Source: Octopus vulgaris (lineage: Eukaryota). Taken from it: DNA of 64,000 nucleotides. The stretch lies in assembly GCA_951406725.2 (NCBI GenBank), contig OX597822.1:12462001-12526000 (forward strand), written 5' to 3'. Of this stretch, positions 13,493 to 27,440 are shown piece by piece. Position 1 is the stretch's first letter. Every line of letters starts with the position of its first letter. The notes beneath the pieces were generated by a model. The model saw only the letters and a list, made by a program, of their open reading frames with translations, made no database searches and had not been told where the DNA came from. The position numbers and the translations under genes are program-made.

Positions 13493-14307
13493 ATTGATTT
13501 ATGTTTTTTGATATCTTTCTGCCTGCTCGATTCTTATATGCATTACTCATATACACCCTCTATTAGAATTTTCTGCCCTTTCTCCCATCTTTTTTCTTTT
13601 ACTTTTTTTTTATTCCTGTTTATTATCTGATTCAAATTTTTAACCCTGTTCTGAAGAATATATTCCAGGATTCCAACTTCAATATATTAACATATCACGC
13701 CTCATATTAATTGATAAAATTTTTGCATTAACTGTGATTAAATATTATGTCATTATGTTGATGTGTTTTCATCATATCCATTGCAGAATTAACCGTTCGT
13801 CGAAGTATTGAAACAGCTGTAAAGAATTATATTCAACTTGTAGAATGATGTGTATTATGAATATTTCTATGAAATATCACATATAACTTATTTACAGCCA
13901 GCCATTACAGATTCTCTTTATATAAATGTATGTGTGTCAGCGTGTAAGAGGGTGTGTGTATGTATTTTCTAAACTTATTAAAGCACACACACACACACAC
14001 TCATATATGCATATACATATTTACGTAGGTAAATATATATATGACAATTTATACAAACGTGCTGTTTTACAGAAAATCTTCATCTAGTACATAAATAAAT
14101 ATATAAACATCCATAAACGCATATGCAAACAGACACACGCACACAAACACAGAGTCACACATGTCTGGAAGTATGAGTATGTATACCACAGTTTATTCAC
14201 ATTTTACCTTTTCATTATTATATGATACAGACATAAATAGATATATACCCATATATACATCATATATCCATATCATAAGTATTACACACACACGCATATA
14301 CACGCCA

Positions 14308-14340
<33 letters not shown>

Positions 14341-15005
14341 TACAAGCGCATACACACACACATATATATATATATATACATATGCGTTTATATGAATGTA
14401 TACAATAATATATAAATATGTATATAAGTATATATTTGTATATCTATACATACATATAAAAATATGTGTATGTGTGTATATGTATATATATATAAAGAGA
14501 AAGGAAGTGGGGGAGAGAATGACAAAGATGAATATTATTATATATGCATTCCTTAACTACACAAATAGGTGTATAAACACAAACAAAATATCGCTTCCTA
14601 CACGGATTTATCTATAATTAAATATAGACCATATCTTTATAGCACGTTAACCTACGGCAAATAGGTCCAGATGAATACCATTCTACGTGCCTTTTTGCAT
14701 TTTTCCTCATAATTTGCACAAAGAAGTATTGAAGACGTCGCAGTCAGAAGACGGTCTCATTAGGGAAGACAATGTTCATTGTTCCAAAGACAACAAAGGA
14801 ACCATTTAATGGTCAAAGAAAAATGTATCCTTACTTTGATAGAGAGAAATGATTTCGCATGTTATCCTTCTTGTTTATTTCTGTTCATATGTATTTGCAG
14901 ATGTTTGTAAGTGGATAATATATATAGTTTTACGTTCATACTTACTACCTACATACACATATACATACATCTATCTATATCTATATCTATATCTATATCT
15001 ATATT

Positions 15006-15062
<57 letters not shown>

Positions 15063-16007
15063 ATATATATATATATATATATATGCTTCTGTTTGTATGT
15101 GTAAATGCGTATGTATGTTTTTATGTGTAGATATATGTATATATATATATATATATAAATATATACATATATATACAGAGAGGGGGAGAGGGACAGGCAG
15201 AAAGAGTGGAAAGAGTAGGATATAATGTGGGAGCGAAATGAATACATCTACATACAAATGTCTATCCGTACTTCTGTTTGAATAAATGGATAACGATTGC
15301 AGTATGTGGAATTATGCACTCGCGCACAAGCATATATATAATTCTAAATCCGACTCTGTTAAAAGGAAAAAACTTTTTATCCATACATCACTGATATTTT
15401 CCGACAATTATGTATACATACATGGCTTATATGTACGAACGTACCTACCTACGTGTACATATATGTCTATATGTATGCGCGTATATATATATATATATGT
15501 ATGTATGTATATTCATGTATGTGTATATATATTTAAGTGTGTGCGTGTGTGCGTGTGTGTGTGCACTTATATATCTTCACACGTAAATGCGTAGAGATTC
15601 ATGTTTAAATTAGATTTTTTGTCGCACTTTTTTTAATAACGTTTGGAATACGTACAAAGTTCCAGATAATTCGCGCATCAGTTGTGTGTGCACTTACCTT
15701 CGCTTGTATGTTGTGTGTTGCTTTCCTATTTTAAATCTATTATTCGCGTTATATTCAAATATGCCTGCGTATATTTAAAGTAAGCACTAATAGAAATATT
15801 CGAAAAAAAATTTTCCGTGGTACAAAGCCAGACGCTTAGTTCTGTGTATTAATGGTTTAATATAATGTCAATGAGTGTCTCCATATGGTGTCGCAGAGTT
15901 CCGTCAGAAATACGTAGCAGGAAACTTTCAGTGATATTAATTGCGTTGGGAATTAATAACTTCATAAATTCATAAGTTCATAAGGTGAGGGACATTATCA
16001 CCCTCAA

Positions 16008-16070
<63 letters not shown>

Positions 16071-16214
16071 AGTAGATGAATGAATTATCCTAGTATGGAT
16101 AATTCGGTTAATCGATACCTGGGTAGCAAATTCACGTCAGAAAACACGGTTGAAGCTTCATGCCAAGGAATTTTGTTAAAATCTTCGTTCGACTCCATTC
16201 TTTTCATTTATATA

Positions 16215-16259
<45 letters not shown>

Positions 16260-16754
16260 TTATACACGCTTTTAAAACATGTCCCTAGTAGAAGAACACG
16301 CCGACATAAACCGCATTTGCAGTGAATGGTATTGAACATTTTGGGAGTCTTTTGATTGCGCTTGAGATTATAGCACTCCCATATTCGTTAGACTTCAACC
16401 AATATTGACATTATATACCTTATCCTGGGTAATGTCAATAGTTTGGAAAGGGCCTATGAGAGGTTGTGCAAGCCTTATTGGTCAAATTTAGGTTAAACAT
16501 CGTAGGTTGTGCAATCACCAGAAAGTTCTGCTGGCTCAAAACCTGGTAAAAATTATTAGGGAAAAGTATATCAGGCCTTGTCTAACAAATGGATCTGGTG
16601 TACTATGTGGAAGACACTTAGATAGTTCAATGGAAGTATAGCCGGCTGCAGCAACCCATTGTTGGGTTGAGAGAGCAAGATGGGGTAAGTAAAACATTTC
16701 CATCCACTGTCATGTTGCCCATGGGTTGTACTTGTACCACATTGAATATGTATA

Positions 16755-16822
<68 letters not shown>

Positions 16823-16826
<4 letters not shown>

Positions 16827-18044
16827 AGATAGAGTAAAAAGTAAACATGAAGAATTTCTAACGGATTTTTGCAGAGTTTTGAATTTTTTAAACATTTTTT
16901 TTTTTGGCAATGCTGATAATAAAGACATAGACTCTCCCAAATGCATCAATAAATTAACATTGATATTTTTTCACCGATGTTACAATCTTCTGAAATGGAA
17001 CTCTTTAAGCGGGATATTCGAGCAATTTTGCTATTCAATTTCAAAAAAAAAAAATAAGACGTAAACTGCTCGCGACATCAACGAAATGTCTCGTGAGTGG
17101 TCAGCTGGAAAATGGTTTAAACGATTTCGCAGTGGCGACCTGATACTTAAAGATCGGGTGCGTAGTGGACGCCGATCTGTCATTGATGACGGTCAATAAA
17201 AGACTGTCATGGAGGAAGATCCACGCAAAGCTAATCGAGAACTGACCAAAGAACTTCCAGTTTGCCAGAAAACTGCCTGCAGCCGTTTGCATGCGATCGG
17301 AAAATCAAGAAACCTCGACAAATGGGTACCACATGATTTGAAGGAAAATCATAAAATACGCAGATATAAAATTTGGTTGTCGCTTCTTCTCCGTCACCAG
17401 ACCAATCCATTTCTCGACCGTATTGTAACTTGCGATGAAAAGTGGATTCTTGGACCAAAATGAAGCACTGAAAACTCTCCCTAACCCGAGCTCTTCAAAG
17501 AGAAGGTTAAGGTAATTGTTTGGTGGTATACTGTTGGGGTTATCCACCATAACTTCATAAAACCCGGAGAAACCATTACTGAAGAAAGATATTGCCATGA
17601 AATTGCCAAAATAAATGAAACACTGATACTCCACCGTCCCAAACTGGTCAACAGAAGAGGCAAATCATTCTTCATGATAATGCTTGCCCACACGTTTCCC
17701 TAATCACGCTCCAGAAGTTGAAAGAATATGGCTACGAAGTTCTTCCACACCCAGCTTATTCCCCTGGCCTTTCTCCTACTGACTACCACTTTTCCAACCA
17801 GCTTGATGGTTTCCTGCAAGTCAAAGAGTTCAGAAATCAAACCGATGCAGAAAGTGCGTTCAAAGAGTTCATCAGCTCCAGAATTCCGGGTTTTTTATGT
17901 TACCAGAATAAAGAAACTGGGAACTCGTTTGCAAAAATGTGTTGATTGTATATATACTTAATTTGATGAATAAACATTTCGGCGTTGTTGAAATACATTG
18001 TCATGAATCTCAGGTTTCAAACCGTTGCTTTCTGTTTACTCAGC

Positions 18045-18050
<6 letters not shown>
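16823..18050 (+). mobile_element. Near full-length decayed mariner transposon
   Basis: Motifs WVPHDL, IVTCDEKWI, HDNA and HPAYSPGLSPTDY; degenerate TIRs ending in TA; stops and frameshifts. Confidence 0.93.
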
Positions 18051-18101
<51 letters not shown>

Positions 18102-18993
18102 AAGTGAATACATTGGGAAAGGCACAGAAGTATAGTTTAGAGAATGATTAATATAATATTACAGGTTTCAATGAGTCCACCATATTAAATATTAGAGATA
18201 TTAGACAGACGTTTTGTGTGAGTCAGTGAGAAAATCATTTTTGGCTTTGTTTTGTTGGGGGTTAACTGTTTGTAGCCAATTTTGAGATCTTAAGAAATGA
18301 AATCGTGGCACAAACTATTAAACCTCACAAAATTGCTTTTTCACTTTGACTGACACAAAATTCGTTTTTATATCTCTAGTATTTGATGTTGGATACATCG
18401 AAACCACGTATATTTTATTAAATATTCTCTAAAATATAATGCTTCCAACATTATTTCCTCATTTTAATTATAATTTTTGATTTGTATGGACTCCTAACCA
18501 CTTTTCGTCTATCTGTCTATCTATTTAACTATCTATCTATCAGTCTGTCTATCTATTTATGTATCTATCTAGCTAGCTATCTGTCTGTCTATCTATCATA
18601 TATCTATTGATCCTTTTTTCCCCTTTTTTTCTTCTTTTTTCATTTCTCTTTTCTTTTGTTCGTTTTCCTTTTTTTCTTTTTTTTCGTTCTTTTTTTTCCC
18701 CTTTTACGATCCTTTTTGATCGAAAACCTACGCCACCTTTTTTTTGTTTCTTTTGTTTTTTTGTTTTTGTTTTTTCATCCCCCAAAAGAAAAGATCTACC
18801 TTGTAACTTGTACCATCTGTGTGCAGCCCTGTGTGGCCAATAAAGAAACTTATCATATATCTATCCAGATACACACATACACACACACAAATACACATAC
18901 ACACACAAACATTTATATAGGAGTAAATAAGCAAGTTAGGTAAGCAGATATATAAAACAATATTAAATGCATTTAATAGTAAAAGTGTACATA

Positions 18994-19400
18994 GGCGCAG
19001 GAGTGGCTGTGTGGTATGTAGCTTGCTAACCAACCACATGGTTCCGGGTTCAGTCCCACTGCGTGGCTTCTTGGGCAAGTGTCTTCTGCTATAGCCCTGG
19101 GCCGACCAATGCCTTGTGAGTGGATTTGTTAGACGGAAACTGAAAGAAACCCGTCGTATATATATATATGTATATACATATATGTGTGTGTGTGTTTGTG
19201 TGTCTGTGTTTGTCTCCCCAACATCGCTTGACAACCGATGTTGGTGTATTTACGTCCCCGTTACTTAGCGGTTCGGCAAAAGAGACCGATAGGATAAGTA
19301 CTAGGCTTACAACTAATAAGTCCTGGGGTTGATTTGCTCGACTAAAAAGGCGGTGCTCCAGCATGGCCGAAGTCAAATGACTGAAACAAGTAAAAGAGAA
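18994..19400 (+). mobile_element. SINE family A, full length
   Basis: Same head, core and tail as the other copies. Confidence 0.93.
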
Positions 19401-19593
19401 AAAGGAGAAAATGTATATATATCAGTCTATATATATATACTTCTCATTCTCCCTCACCCTCTCTGTCTCTGCCTGTTTGTGCGCCTGTCTGTCTCTATGT
19501 ATATATGTGATCTTTTAAATTCTCAAAAGCACGACAATGCTAATATTATAGCCTGAACAAGATAAACTACCCCTAATTTGCAGAAAAAAGTGT

Positions 19594-19671
19594 TGGCGGC
19601 CAGTTATGAGACTCGAACTCATACCCCCAGGATTACGCGTCGCGGTGCGCTGACCTTTAAGCTAACCTTCC
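19594..19671 (-). pseudogene. tRNA-like pseudogene (CGT anticodon) with encoded 3' CCA
   Basis: A box tagcttaaaggtcag, intact T arm atgag-ttcgagt-ctcat, 3' end actggcc-g-CCA; the acceptor and anticodon stems are mismatched. Confidence 0.55.
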
Positions 19672-19886
19672 CTTACCGCAACTTCTTCCGCAAATTTAAG
19701 ATATATAGAAATCTCGCTTTTATGAGACAGTATCGCACGTTAAATTCATATTACGATAAAAGCAAGCAAACAAACGAAGTTTGCTTTAGAAGCGTTGAGA
19801 TGTCTTATAAAGTTAAAGAAGTCATTTTTAAAATTCTCAAACGATGGATAATGCTAATAATATAGCCTGAACAGGATAAGCTACCC

Positions 19887-19933
<47 letters not shown>

Positions 19934-20280
19934 AGAACAATCTTACTTAGAAATGGATGCGTGCTTTCCGTCATATAATATATTAATAAATAAAACATAT
20001 GCATATATATATATACATATATGTACGTACCCACCTCTACATGTATATATACACGCATATATGGGTACAGGGGGATTTTTCCTTGTATTATTTGCCTTGT
20101 ACTCTATTTTTTTGTTCTTTAAGAAAAATGTCCTGTTCCTTGTTTTTGTGTTTATGTTACCGTTTCTCATTGTGTTCGACGTTTTTTGGGGTGTCCTGTA
20201 CCCATATATGCGTGTATATATACATGTAGAGGTAGGTACGTACATATATGTATATACATATGCATATGTTTTATCTATTA

Positions 20281-20359
<79 letters not shown>

Positions 20360-20447
20360 AAACGTTTCAACCACACTAAATTCTGCTCGTACCTAGACAT
20401 TGCTTCGCGATAATGCTTCGTTTTATATATATATGTATATATATATG

Positions 20448-20626
<179 letters not shown>

Positions 20627-21512
20627 ATAAACTTAGATATGTTTCGACCAAAGATTGGTCCAGGCTATGTCTAACTTAATAGCACCACCTGACAGGATTA
20701 TTTGAATCCTGTTTAAGTCAAGTTTTGTTTATGGTCCATTCAAGTAGTGAGTTTTTGTTGGGTGAGTTGTATCCAATTATGGGTGGCTTATCTGGTATTC
20801 CTTGAAGGAATCTATCCAGACTCCGTTTAAAGTTGATGGGGTCCAGTTCCTCTTTGATCTCTTTCGGGACAATGTTAAATAGGGCAGGGCCTGTTGAGGA
20901 AAAGAAATTATGTTTTAGTGTACATGTATGCTGTGATCTTGAATTGGGTAGAGGACGTATGGCTCGTGGTCCCAGTCTTGGATGAACCTTGAAGCTAATA
21001 TTCAGGTCGTTTGGGCAAAGTTGGCGGTATATTCTCCACATCGTACAAATGATGTACCGCTGGAGAGAGTAGAGTTTCAAGGCTTTAAGGCGATCCCAAT
21101 AATCGAGAGCAGCCATGCCTTCAATTCGTTTAGTGAGTGCTCTCTGGGGTGATTCAATCCTCGAGATGTTTTGTCTTGTATGGGGAGACCACAGTGGGCA
21201 GCAGTATTCGAGGTGTGGCCGTACAAAGGAGAAAAGAGGTATGATGACACCTTGTTCTCTGGACCGGAAAGTTCTTAAGAGCCAGGAACTCATCCTACGG
21301 GCTATATCGACCTTTTTGTTGATGTGTGCACTCCAACTGAGATCGTCATCAACAATTACACCCAGGTCTCTGATATTGTTAGAGGCTGTGAGCGGTTCCC
21401 CTGAAGGAAGAGACTATGGCTGTTTTAGTGAGGAATTTCTTCCAAAATGCATCAGCTCAAATATTCCCTCGTCCAGTTGCATTTTGTTTCTGTCTGCCCA
21501 TTGACTCACAGC
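20627..21512 (-). mobile_element. CR1-clade LINE, 5' truncated, with 3' stem-loop
   Basis: RT C-terminus QWADRNKMQL...IRDLGVIVDDDLSWSAHI...VRPHLEYCCPLWSP...DYWDRLKALKLYSLQR; 3' hairpin gacca-atctt-tggtc. Confidence 0.92.
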
Positions 21513-21610
21513 ATATATATATAAAACGAAGCATTATCGCGAAGCAATGTCTAGGTACGAGCAGAATTTAGTCTAGTTGAAACGTTTCTCACACACACAC
21601 ACACACACAC

Positions 21611-21665
<55 letters not shown>

Positions 21666-21676
21666 TACATATATAC

Positions 21677-21707
<31 letters not shown>

Positions 21708-21708
21708 G

Positions 21709-21755
<47 letters not shown>

Positions 21756-21756
21756 C

Positions 21757-21823
<67 letters not shown>

Positions 21824-21938
21824 AAACGCATTATCGCGAACCCATGTCTAGGTACGAGCAGAATTTAGTCTAGTTGAAACATCTCTCACATATTTCAACT
21901 GCTCGGAATCAAATACACTCCAGTTACTGTGAAGAAAA

Positions 21939-22233
21939 TATCTCTCTTATAGTCAAAAGGTAAGAAAACACTCAGTTTGTCCAATGTCGCCATCTATTAG
22001 GAATCGCTTCCTGGTTTACCTCGACCGGGCGATCTATTAGCACAAATCAGTCAACATGGTGAGTGAATTATATATAAAGCTATTTCTTTATAAGTTCGTT
22101 CAGACTTGCCTCTCTTAGGTACATCTCATTCACAAGAGTTATAAAACTCGAAATATCGATGTATGGGATTCCTAATAGATGGCGACACAGGCCGAACTGG
22201 GTGTTTCCACAGCTTTTTACCATCAGAGAGATA
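21939..22233. mobile_element. MITE-like element (~295 bp, ~67-bp imperfect TIRs, TA ends)
   Basis: 21939-22005 is the reverse complement of 22167-22233; the inner 21 bp are perfect. Confidence 0.7.
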
Positions 22234-22289
22234 TGACAAATCTATTTCATGTAGCCTAAGTTCTGTTCATATATATATATATATATATA

Positions 22290-22686
22290 CTAGCAGTATC
22301 GCCCGCCGTTGCTCGGGTTTGTAAGGGAAAAAAATATATAAGAATTTTTAGAGATGTAAAGTATAATAGCCATCTCAATATGGTTAACCACAATGGGGTG
22401 GTGTTACTGTAGCTTTTTTACGTTCTGAGATTTAATAATACATTTTTAGAGAGTTACTTCCCTTATATATGCCAAAAATGCATTAAAAATGGGAAAAAAT
22501 GATGGTAAATTGTTTTTTAAATCGTAGACTCATCGTAGACGCGCGCTAATACCCAGAAGGGCTCGATATGAATCACAACTATAAGATACCCGCTTTTGGT
22601 TACACTGCACCGCAAAATATGGGAGTAGTTAGGAATCTAAATCATAGGAGACAGACAGCACACAACCTCACTTTTATATATAAAGA
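22290..22686 (-). mobile_element. Non-autonomous Helitron
   Basis: Minus strand starts TC and ends with a cccg/cggg hairpin followed by CTAG; inserted between A and T. Confidence 0.8.
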
Positions 22687-23424
22687 TAGATATATATATA
22701 TATATAATTTAAAACGTGAGTCAACAAGAAGGAGCACGGTTGGACATTTAACTTTTTGATCGCTTCAAATTGTTTTCACGCAACTTAGTTCTCCACCCGT
22801 GCAGGTATATGATTATGCAACTATTTACTTGCATAATGAGATCTAGTTGGTTTTCCTCGGTCGATAAGTAAATATTGTCTCCGTAAGTTCCCATTCCTTG
22901 CTTCAAGGACGTCCTCACTCTGTCGTGGTCTAAATTTAATAGTGGTCACTGAGTCTATCGTGGTGTGTTGTTTTTGACTGGTGGTCAGGCGGCCAGGGTT
23001 TGATACCTGGCATAGGAACGCATGTTTTTCACTGGTGGTTCTATAGCATGTCCGCAGCCTCAAGGCTGAAACATATAAAAAGATAAAAGAATATCGCTTG
23101 AGGAAAACCCACTGGAACTCATAATGCAGGGAGATAGTGGCATAATCAAATACCTGCACGCCTGGACAACTACGTTGCGTGGAAACAATTGTAGCGATTA
23201 AAAAATAAATGTCCAAATGTACCCCTTCTTGTTGACTCTAAATGTTTTCAATTATCTTTTCCTACACGAAAGAAGCCCAAGCGCAAACCTGGAAGAACGT
23301 GTGATACTACCAATGGATGGTACAGGGTGAATTCTGATGGTGGACAAGCTTTTATTCTGTACTCTAATACGTTCTTAATAAAATATACCATATATATATA
23401 TATACATATGCATACATACATGCA

Positions 23425-23490
<66 letters not shown>

Positions 23491-23897
23491 GGTGCAGGAG
23501 TGGCTATAGGCGCAGGAGTGGCTGTGTGGTAAGTAGATTGTTTACCAACCACATGGTTCCGGGTTCAGTCCCACAGCGTGGCACTTTGGGCAAGTGTCTT
23601 CTGCTATAGCCTCGGGCCGACCAAAGCCTTGTGAGTGGATTTGGTAGACGGAAACTGAAAGAAGCCCGTCGTATATATGTATATATATGTGTGTTTGTGT
23701 GTCTGTGTTTGTCCCCCTAGCATTGCTTGACAACCGATGCTGGTGTGTTTATGTCCCCCGTTACTTTGCGGTTCGGCAAAAGAGACCGATAGAATAAGTA
23801 CTGGGCTTACAAAAGAATAAGTCCCGGGGTCGAGTTGCTCGATTAAAGGCGGTGCTCCAGCATGGCCGCAGTCAAATGACTGAAACAAGTAAAAGAA
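23491..23897 (+). mobile_element. SINE family A, full length, first 18 nt duplicated
   Basis: ataggtgcaggagtggct-ataggcgcaggagtggct, then the complete body. Confidence 0.93.
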
Positions 23898-25269
23898 TAT
23901 ATATATACATCAAGCTTCGGCCGTAGCAAGAACACCATTATTATCAGCATCTTCTTCACCTTTGTCGAGGCATTTCTAACGTAAGAAAGACAGAGAAGTC
24001 AACATACCCAAGAATGCAGCAGACCACAACCGATAGTGTTTTCATTCTTGCAAAAAGACAAACTATTATTTATCATAAATCATAATTGCACACGAGGATA
24101 TCTTAAACGTAAACAAGTTCGTTATCCCTGCTCTAACTTCACTCCAATGCTCCTATGCTACCACTCTGAACACAACGGCCGACTGCTGCATACGTATTGA
24201 CAGTTCTTTGCACCTCGTCACAAGATATTAAATCACAAGCTATCGTTTGCAATTTTTCTTTTTAATATTCATAGAAATATCCGACATTATCGACTCAAAT
24301 GATTTGTTTGTCACCATGGTGCGAAGAAAACTATGTCAATCTTTTCAAAATATAATATCTCTCTACATTTATATAGACACATTTACGTATGAAATATGAC
24401 CGTGTGTGCACTTTTACATTAATATAAAAACCACAACGTCACACAACACACACACACACACACACACGCGCGCATACACGTATGTATATGTGTGTCTGTG
24501 TCGACCCGGGGAAGCAGCTGAAATTCCAAGAATCTGCTGCCTCAACATCATTAATTGCCGGATATGGTGTTGAGCTGAGAAGCAGAGAAATACGGTGCTC
24601 GATTAAAAATCTTTTCCCTGGAATGAGCGTATTGTGGATGCAAATGTGAGTAAGGGAAGTTAACATAAGTATTAGGATTGATATTTTTCAATAAAAACAC
24701 TTCAAGGCCTTGCTCCAGCATGGCCGCAGTCGAATGACTAAAACAAATACAAGATAAAGGACAACAGTCAGACACTTTTACTGATATTTCACTAATATTT
24801 TAGTGCACCAGCGCTCTAGGGTCTGTCTCTAAGATAACTATCGGAGTAGGGCGTTGATTAGTCAGGCATTGCCGATGCGAAAGCTTAGTATTTACAAGTG
24901 CCTATCTGAAAAGACACGTTTCTCCAGTGTCCATTACGCTTTAGAAGCTTTCTCAGACTTCAACTTATATGCAGCATTTATGGAACAATCCCCAGGTACA
25001 GCGATGCCGAGAAACAAAAACAAGTCGCGTACATTGAAACTTCTCCCATGAACAATACATCTCTTTTGGGGATAAGTGTCAACATGACCGTTTATTTTCT
25101 TCGGGTTTATTTACAGCAGAAATGCGATACAGCCACGGAGGAAGTTCAGTATTTTCCACATATCCTGTTCCGAATGAGCCTCAAAATCTCAATCGTCAGT
25201 ATAGAACGAGCAAATAACGAATAAATGTGTATTCACGTCCTTGATGCATATTTCTAATGGGAAACGTTT

Positions 25270-26610
25270 AGGGTTAAAGTATACAGCTATGTATGTGAGA
25301 GAAATAATTGCGTTATTATTGAAAAATTATTTATATTTGGAAAATGATATTTTCCCATGTGGAAAAAAGAAATAAGTCTGAGTAGGGGGTATATAGCTAT
25401 AGGAATAAAAAAATTTCATTTGAACAAAGAAAGCATTTTTTATTATGTATTCTATAAGAAGGCACTGAAATATATTTCATTAGATATTAAAATTGATATT
25501 ATTATCTTTAAATTCCCAGATAAATTTAACTTAGTCCTGTCGAGTTAGATTTATGTTTATTTCTAAATGTGTATAGGTGGGGCGAAATACGATTTTTTAA
25601 ATATTTCATTTTCAGTAGTTCAAATGTAATAATATTTATTTTCTAGAGTTTTAACTCTACATGGAAATATTATGCTTTGTATTTTGCATGTGTTCTTAAA
25701 TAAACAATTATTTCTAATCCCACAGTAACAATTAATATAAGTATTATTATTTAAATGTGTATTTGATGACGGAGTGTCATATATCATTGTAGTGCTGTTT
25801 CTTCGGGTGCAGTGGTTAGGAGTTGTATTATCATAATTACCAGATTTAATTCCAATAGAATGTGTGTTGTGTTCAAGGCAGTTAAAGCAGTTGCTATTAT
25901 ATGCGAGCTGGCAGAAACGTTAGCACGCCGGGCGAAAAGCGTAGCCGTATTTCGTCTGCCGTTAAGTGTTCTGAGTTCAAATTCCGCCGAGGTCGACTTT
26001 GCCTTTCATCCTTTCGGGGTCGATAAATTAAATACCAGTTACGCTCTGGGGTCGATGTGATCGATTTAATCCCTTTGTCTGTCCTTGTTTGTCCCCTCTA
26101 TGTTTAGCCCCTTGTGGGTAGTAAAGAAATAAAAAATATATTATATGTGTTTCTATTTAAGTAGGGTTTGTCGAGCTTCTTATTGTTTATGGAAGATATA
26201 ATAGTAGATTAGTTGTTGGTTAAACTACATCCAATATTGATGGTTTAATTATTAATTATTTCATATCCATTATTATTACTAAAATGTTTATTAATAATCA
26301 TAAAAATTGATTTAACTAAATTATTTTTCATCTGTTAGCAAATTGGGTTATTAACCAAATTTTATTAGATCTGTCTATATTATTATTAATTATAGGTGTA
26401 CGATTATCTATTTTATATTTATTATATTTAAAGGATTTTTGGTTATCTTTATGATGTTCATTAAAAGTACAAGTTATTTCATTATTATTTAATCTTTATT
26501 ATTTGGTGTAGTGTACATATTTTAATTTTATTGTTATAGTTATTATGTTTAGCATTTTAATACTAGTTATGGTTAACATATTATTATTATTACTATTATT
26601 ATTATTATTG

Positions 26611-26664
<54 letters not shown>

Positions 26665-27100
26665 TTGTTATCATTTATTTTTGTTTTTCATTATTAGTGG
26701 GGTTGTAAAAATTTATATATTTAATTTGCATTTAATTGTATTATTATTAATATTATTACTATTACGTATTGAGTATTTTATTTTATCTTTATATCCAGCA
26801 TTAAGTAAAGCAATATTATATTGGTTTATGTGTTTGTTAAATATATCCTCATTAATGTTCGCCAAATTCCATTGAGCGAACATTAATAAACATGTAGTCA
26901 AAAAATGTTTCTAATTTTTCCTTTCCACAAACTACATGGCACATGTGTTTGGAAGAACCATAAAAGAAAATCGGTTTATTAAAATGTTCATACATTTGGA
27001 AGATAGATATGTTATTCTTTTTTTACTAATATTATATATAAGTGCGTTTTTTAGTGATCTTGGATGGTAATTTGAAAATGTATTTATTTTAAATTACAGT
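25270..27100 (-). mobile_element. Decayed Penelope-like element (Naiad-like): RT thumb, Asn-rich linker, GIY-YIG endonuclease
   Basis: Minus-strand fragments INTFSNYHPRSLKNALIYNISKKRITYLSS, NEDIFNKHINQYNIALLNAGYKDKIKY, CYCGIRNNCLFKNTC, YYYI*TTENE, NSTGLS..FIWE, KKCFLCSNE. Confidence 0.75.
25903..26131 (+). mobile_element. SINE family C (Meta-domain-like), nested in the PLE
   Basis: Homologous to 6625-6851 and includes the 5' head gcgagctggcagaaacgttag. Confidence 0.88.
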
Positions 27101-27162
27101 AATTTCGATTATCCCAAAGTGGTGAATTGTAGCTCAACATATATATATATATATATATATAT

Positions 27163-27440
27163 ATTTCGTTTTGGGATTTGCTTTGCAAGATTCTTTATAT
27201 GAGTTCGTGTGTTGAAGCATATTCTGTTGTGTCTGGGGAGAATCATTCTCTTTTAGTACCTTATTATTTAACACACTCACCGGTAAAATTTCCACTTGTT
27301 TCTTATTTTTATTTTCAATAGTCAAGACTATTGAAAAGGTTGCAAGACGCAAAGAAAAGTTTAGAAAATAAAAATAAGAAAAAGTGGAAATTTTACCGGT
27401 GAGTGTGTTAAATAATAAGGCACTTTCCCCAGACACAACA

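Noticed and set aside
13648-13828. CTGAAGA ... GAAACAGCTGTA with a 150-nt spacer
   Set aside because: Stem I and stem II pairing is too weak to call.
24495-24650. Open frame ending at a gtgagt donor
   Set aside because: No acceptor or homology support.
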